Shown: piece after piece, positions 38,720 to 39,991 of the stretch | Layout of the letters: every line of letters begins with the position of its first letter | Position numbering within the stretch: position 1 is the stretch's first letter | Assembly (NCBI GenBank): GCA_048941015.1 | Contig: JBHLNZ010000028.1 | Span: 1 to 39,991, forward strand | Reading direction: 5' to 3' | DNA: 39,991 nucleotides | Origin: Promethearchaeota archaeon | GTDB taxonomy: Archaea > Asgardarchaeota > Lokiarchaeia > Sigyniarchaeales > SOKP01 | Translations under genes and position numbers: made by a program | The notes under the pieces: generated by a model | Told to the model about the DNA's origin: nothing | What the model saw: the letters and a program-made list of their open reading frames with translations, nothing else | The model's database searches: none

Positions 38720-39913
38720 TTACCATAAATTTCTAATTTGATATGAGACTTGCTTTCCCATATTTTCAATTTCATTTAAAATCTCTCTATTATAATCCGG
38801 TGAATTCAAAATAATAACCAAGAGTAAATCTTGATTTACATTACTTAAATAAAGATATTTTGATTCCGTTTTCAATTTAAATTCTTTAAAACTTTCTAAT
38901 TTCATTTCATTTGTTACTTTATCTATAGTTATAATCAATAATGAAAGCATTCCAACAACAATAACTTCATCAGAGGGATTTAAAGTCGAACCACATGCTA
39001 ATCCTGTTGACTTCTCCAGAAGTACAGCATCTTTAACTCCATGATGATTTTTCAGTAAATTTAATATTGAATTTATAAAAGTCGATTTAGGTGAAATTAC
39101 TCTTATGAGTTCACTCCACGCAGAAAATAGAGATTGACCAAATATAGAGGTTAAATGAAAAGAAATTTCATGAGATATATTTTGAGATAAAAGATTCTTC
39201 AGATATGAGGAAACTGATTCCTTATCATTAACTAGATCAATTTTATGTAAAAATATAATAAGCTTTGCGTTAGGGTTAAATGCAAGAATTTGTTTTGCAC
39301 TCCATTCAAACTCAGATTTAGCTTGTTCAAATCGATCCACATCAGTCACATCTACAACATACAATAATATGGATGCTTTTTTAAATATATTTTCTCTTAG
39401 AACTCCGTGATACTCATCAAGATATTGCTGTTGCCCTCCTAAATCCCATATCATTGGTTTTGACATTGATCCAATACTGTATTCTTTATAAGCGATTCCT
39501 TTAGTAGCTGCTGAATGCAAAAGTTCCCAAGGTTTCTTTCCTTCAAAAACACGTTCATAGATACATGTTTTTCCTGCATTTGAAAGTCCTATTAAAATTA
39601 TTTTTTTCATATCATCAGACGGAGTTTTTTCAAACTCCCCAAGCATTGTTGATACTGTGCCTTCAATAAAACTAATATCGCTATCGGGGAAAATTGTTTT
39701 TAACTCTTCTTTTATAAGCCAGTCTATTCTATTACGTGGAATGCTTAAGCCTTTGCTTTCAAAGAAGAATTCAACCTCATTTGTAATACTTTCCTTAATT
39801 AGTCCCGTTTTTTCATAGACTAATTGATCCCTATACCAAATATTTAAGTTGAATATATTTTCTCCTGAGCTAGTAACTCTTAAATTAAATAATGTACCGG
39901 GAATCTTTTTCAT
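38720..39913 (-). CDS. Rag/Gtr1-like small GTPase with C-terminal roadblock domain and N-terminal extension
   Basis: G1 GLSNAGKT, G2 AAT, G3 WDLGGQ, RENIF, LYVVD, G4 HKID, G5 TSIF, SLFSAWS, then a roadblock-like tail (VKDAVLLEKSTGL...LLLVII). Confidence 0.88.
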   Translation of the reverse strand: MKKIPGTLFNLRVTSSGENIFNLNIWYRDQLVYEKTGLIKESITNEVEFFFESKGLSIPRNRIDWLIKEELKTIFPDSDISFIEGTVSTMLGEFEKTPSDDMKKIILIGLSNAGKTCIYERVFEGKKPWELLHSAATKGIAYKEYSIGSMSKPMIWDLGGQQQYLDEYHGVLRENIFKKASILLYVVDVTDVDRFEQAKSEFEWSAKQILAFNPNAKLIIFLHKIDLVNDKESVSSYLKNLLSQNISHEISFHLTSIFGQSLFSAWSELIRVISPKSTFINSILNLLKNHHGVKDAVLLEKSTGLACGSTLNPSDEVIVVGMLSLLIITIDKVTNEMKLESFKEFKLKTESKYLYLSNVNQDLLLVIILNSPDYNREILNEIENMGKQVSYQIRNLW

Positions 39914-39991
39914 AGTTCACTTCCTTTATCGTTTAATTGAGAAGCTTTCTTTAAGCAATTATTAATCATATCTCTGAATTTTTGTACATTT

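Noticed and set aside
1-39991. CRISPR arrays, tRNA/rRNA, transposases, integrases
   Set aside because: No spaced repeats, GC-rich structured RNA segments or mobile-element ORFs were recognised by eye.

Overview
AT-rich, gene-dense archaeal window, very probably from an Asgard archaeon (Lokiarchaeia/Promethearchaeota). This is inferred from Rag-like GTPase, longin-like, roadblock-like and PCI-like proteins, an IPGF-TM-basic C-terminal sorting signal, and Fwd/Mvh/Hdr genes. Left to right it holds: (i) membrane left-handed beta-helix proteins, one fused copy and one split copy, around a DUF1295 gene; (ii) a B12-dependent class II ribonucleotide reductase with an ATP-cone; (iii) hypothetical proteins, including LITAF-like and tubby/LURP-like candidates; (iv) a tRNA methylthiotransferase; (v) three tandem membrane-anchored PCI-like paralogs; (vi) an extended mvhG plus hdrB; (vii) an RNase J-like hydrolase; (viii) mvhD-fwdG-fwdF-like-fwdDBC-fdhD; (ix) a sugar ABC transporter with a fused permease, divergent from treT; (x) an MFS transporter, a 2-oxoacid:ferredoxin oxidoreductase and an M20 amidohydrolase; (xi) a three-gene Rag GTPase / longin / roadblock locus. 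The last is the best candidate for a novel system: a possible archaeal precursor of the Rag-Ragulator-GATOR1/FLCN module. I recognised no rRNA, tRNA, CRISPR array or transposase. All family assignments come from reading motifs by eye, with no database searches.
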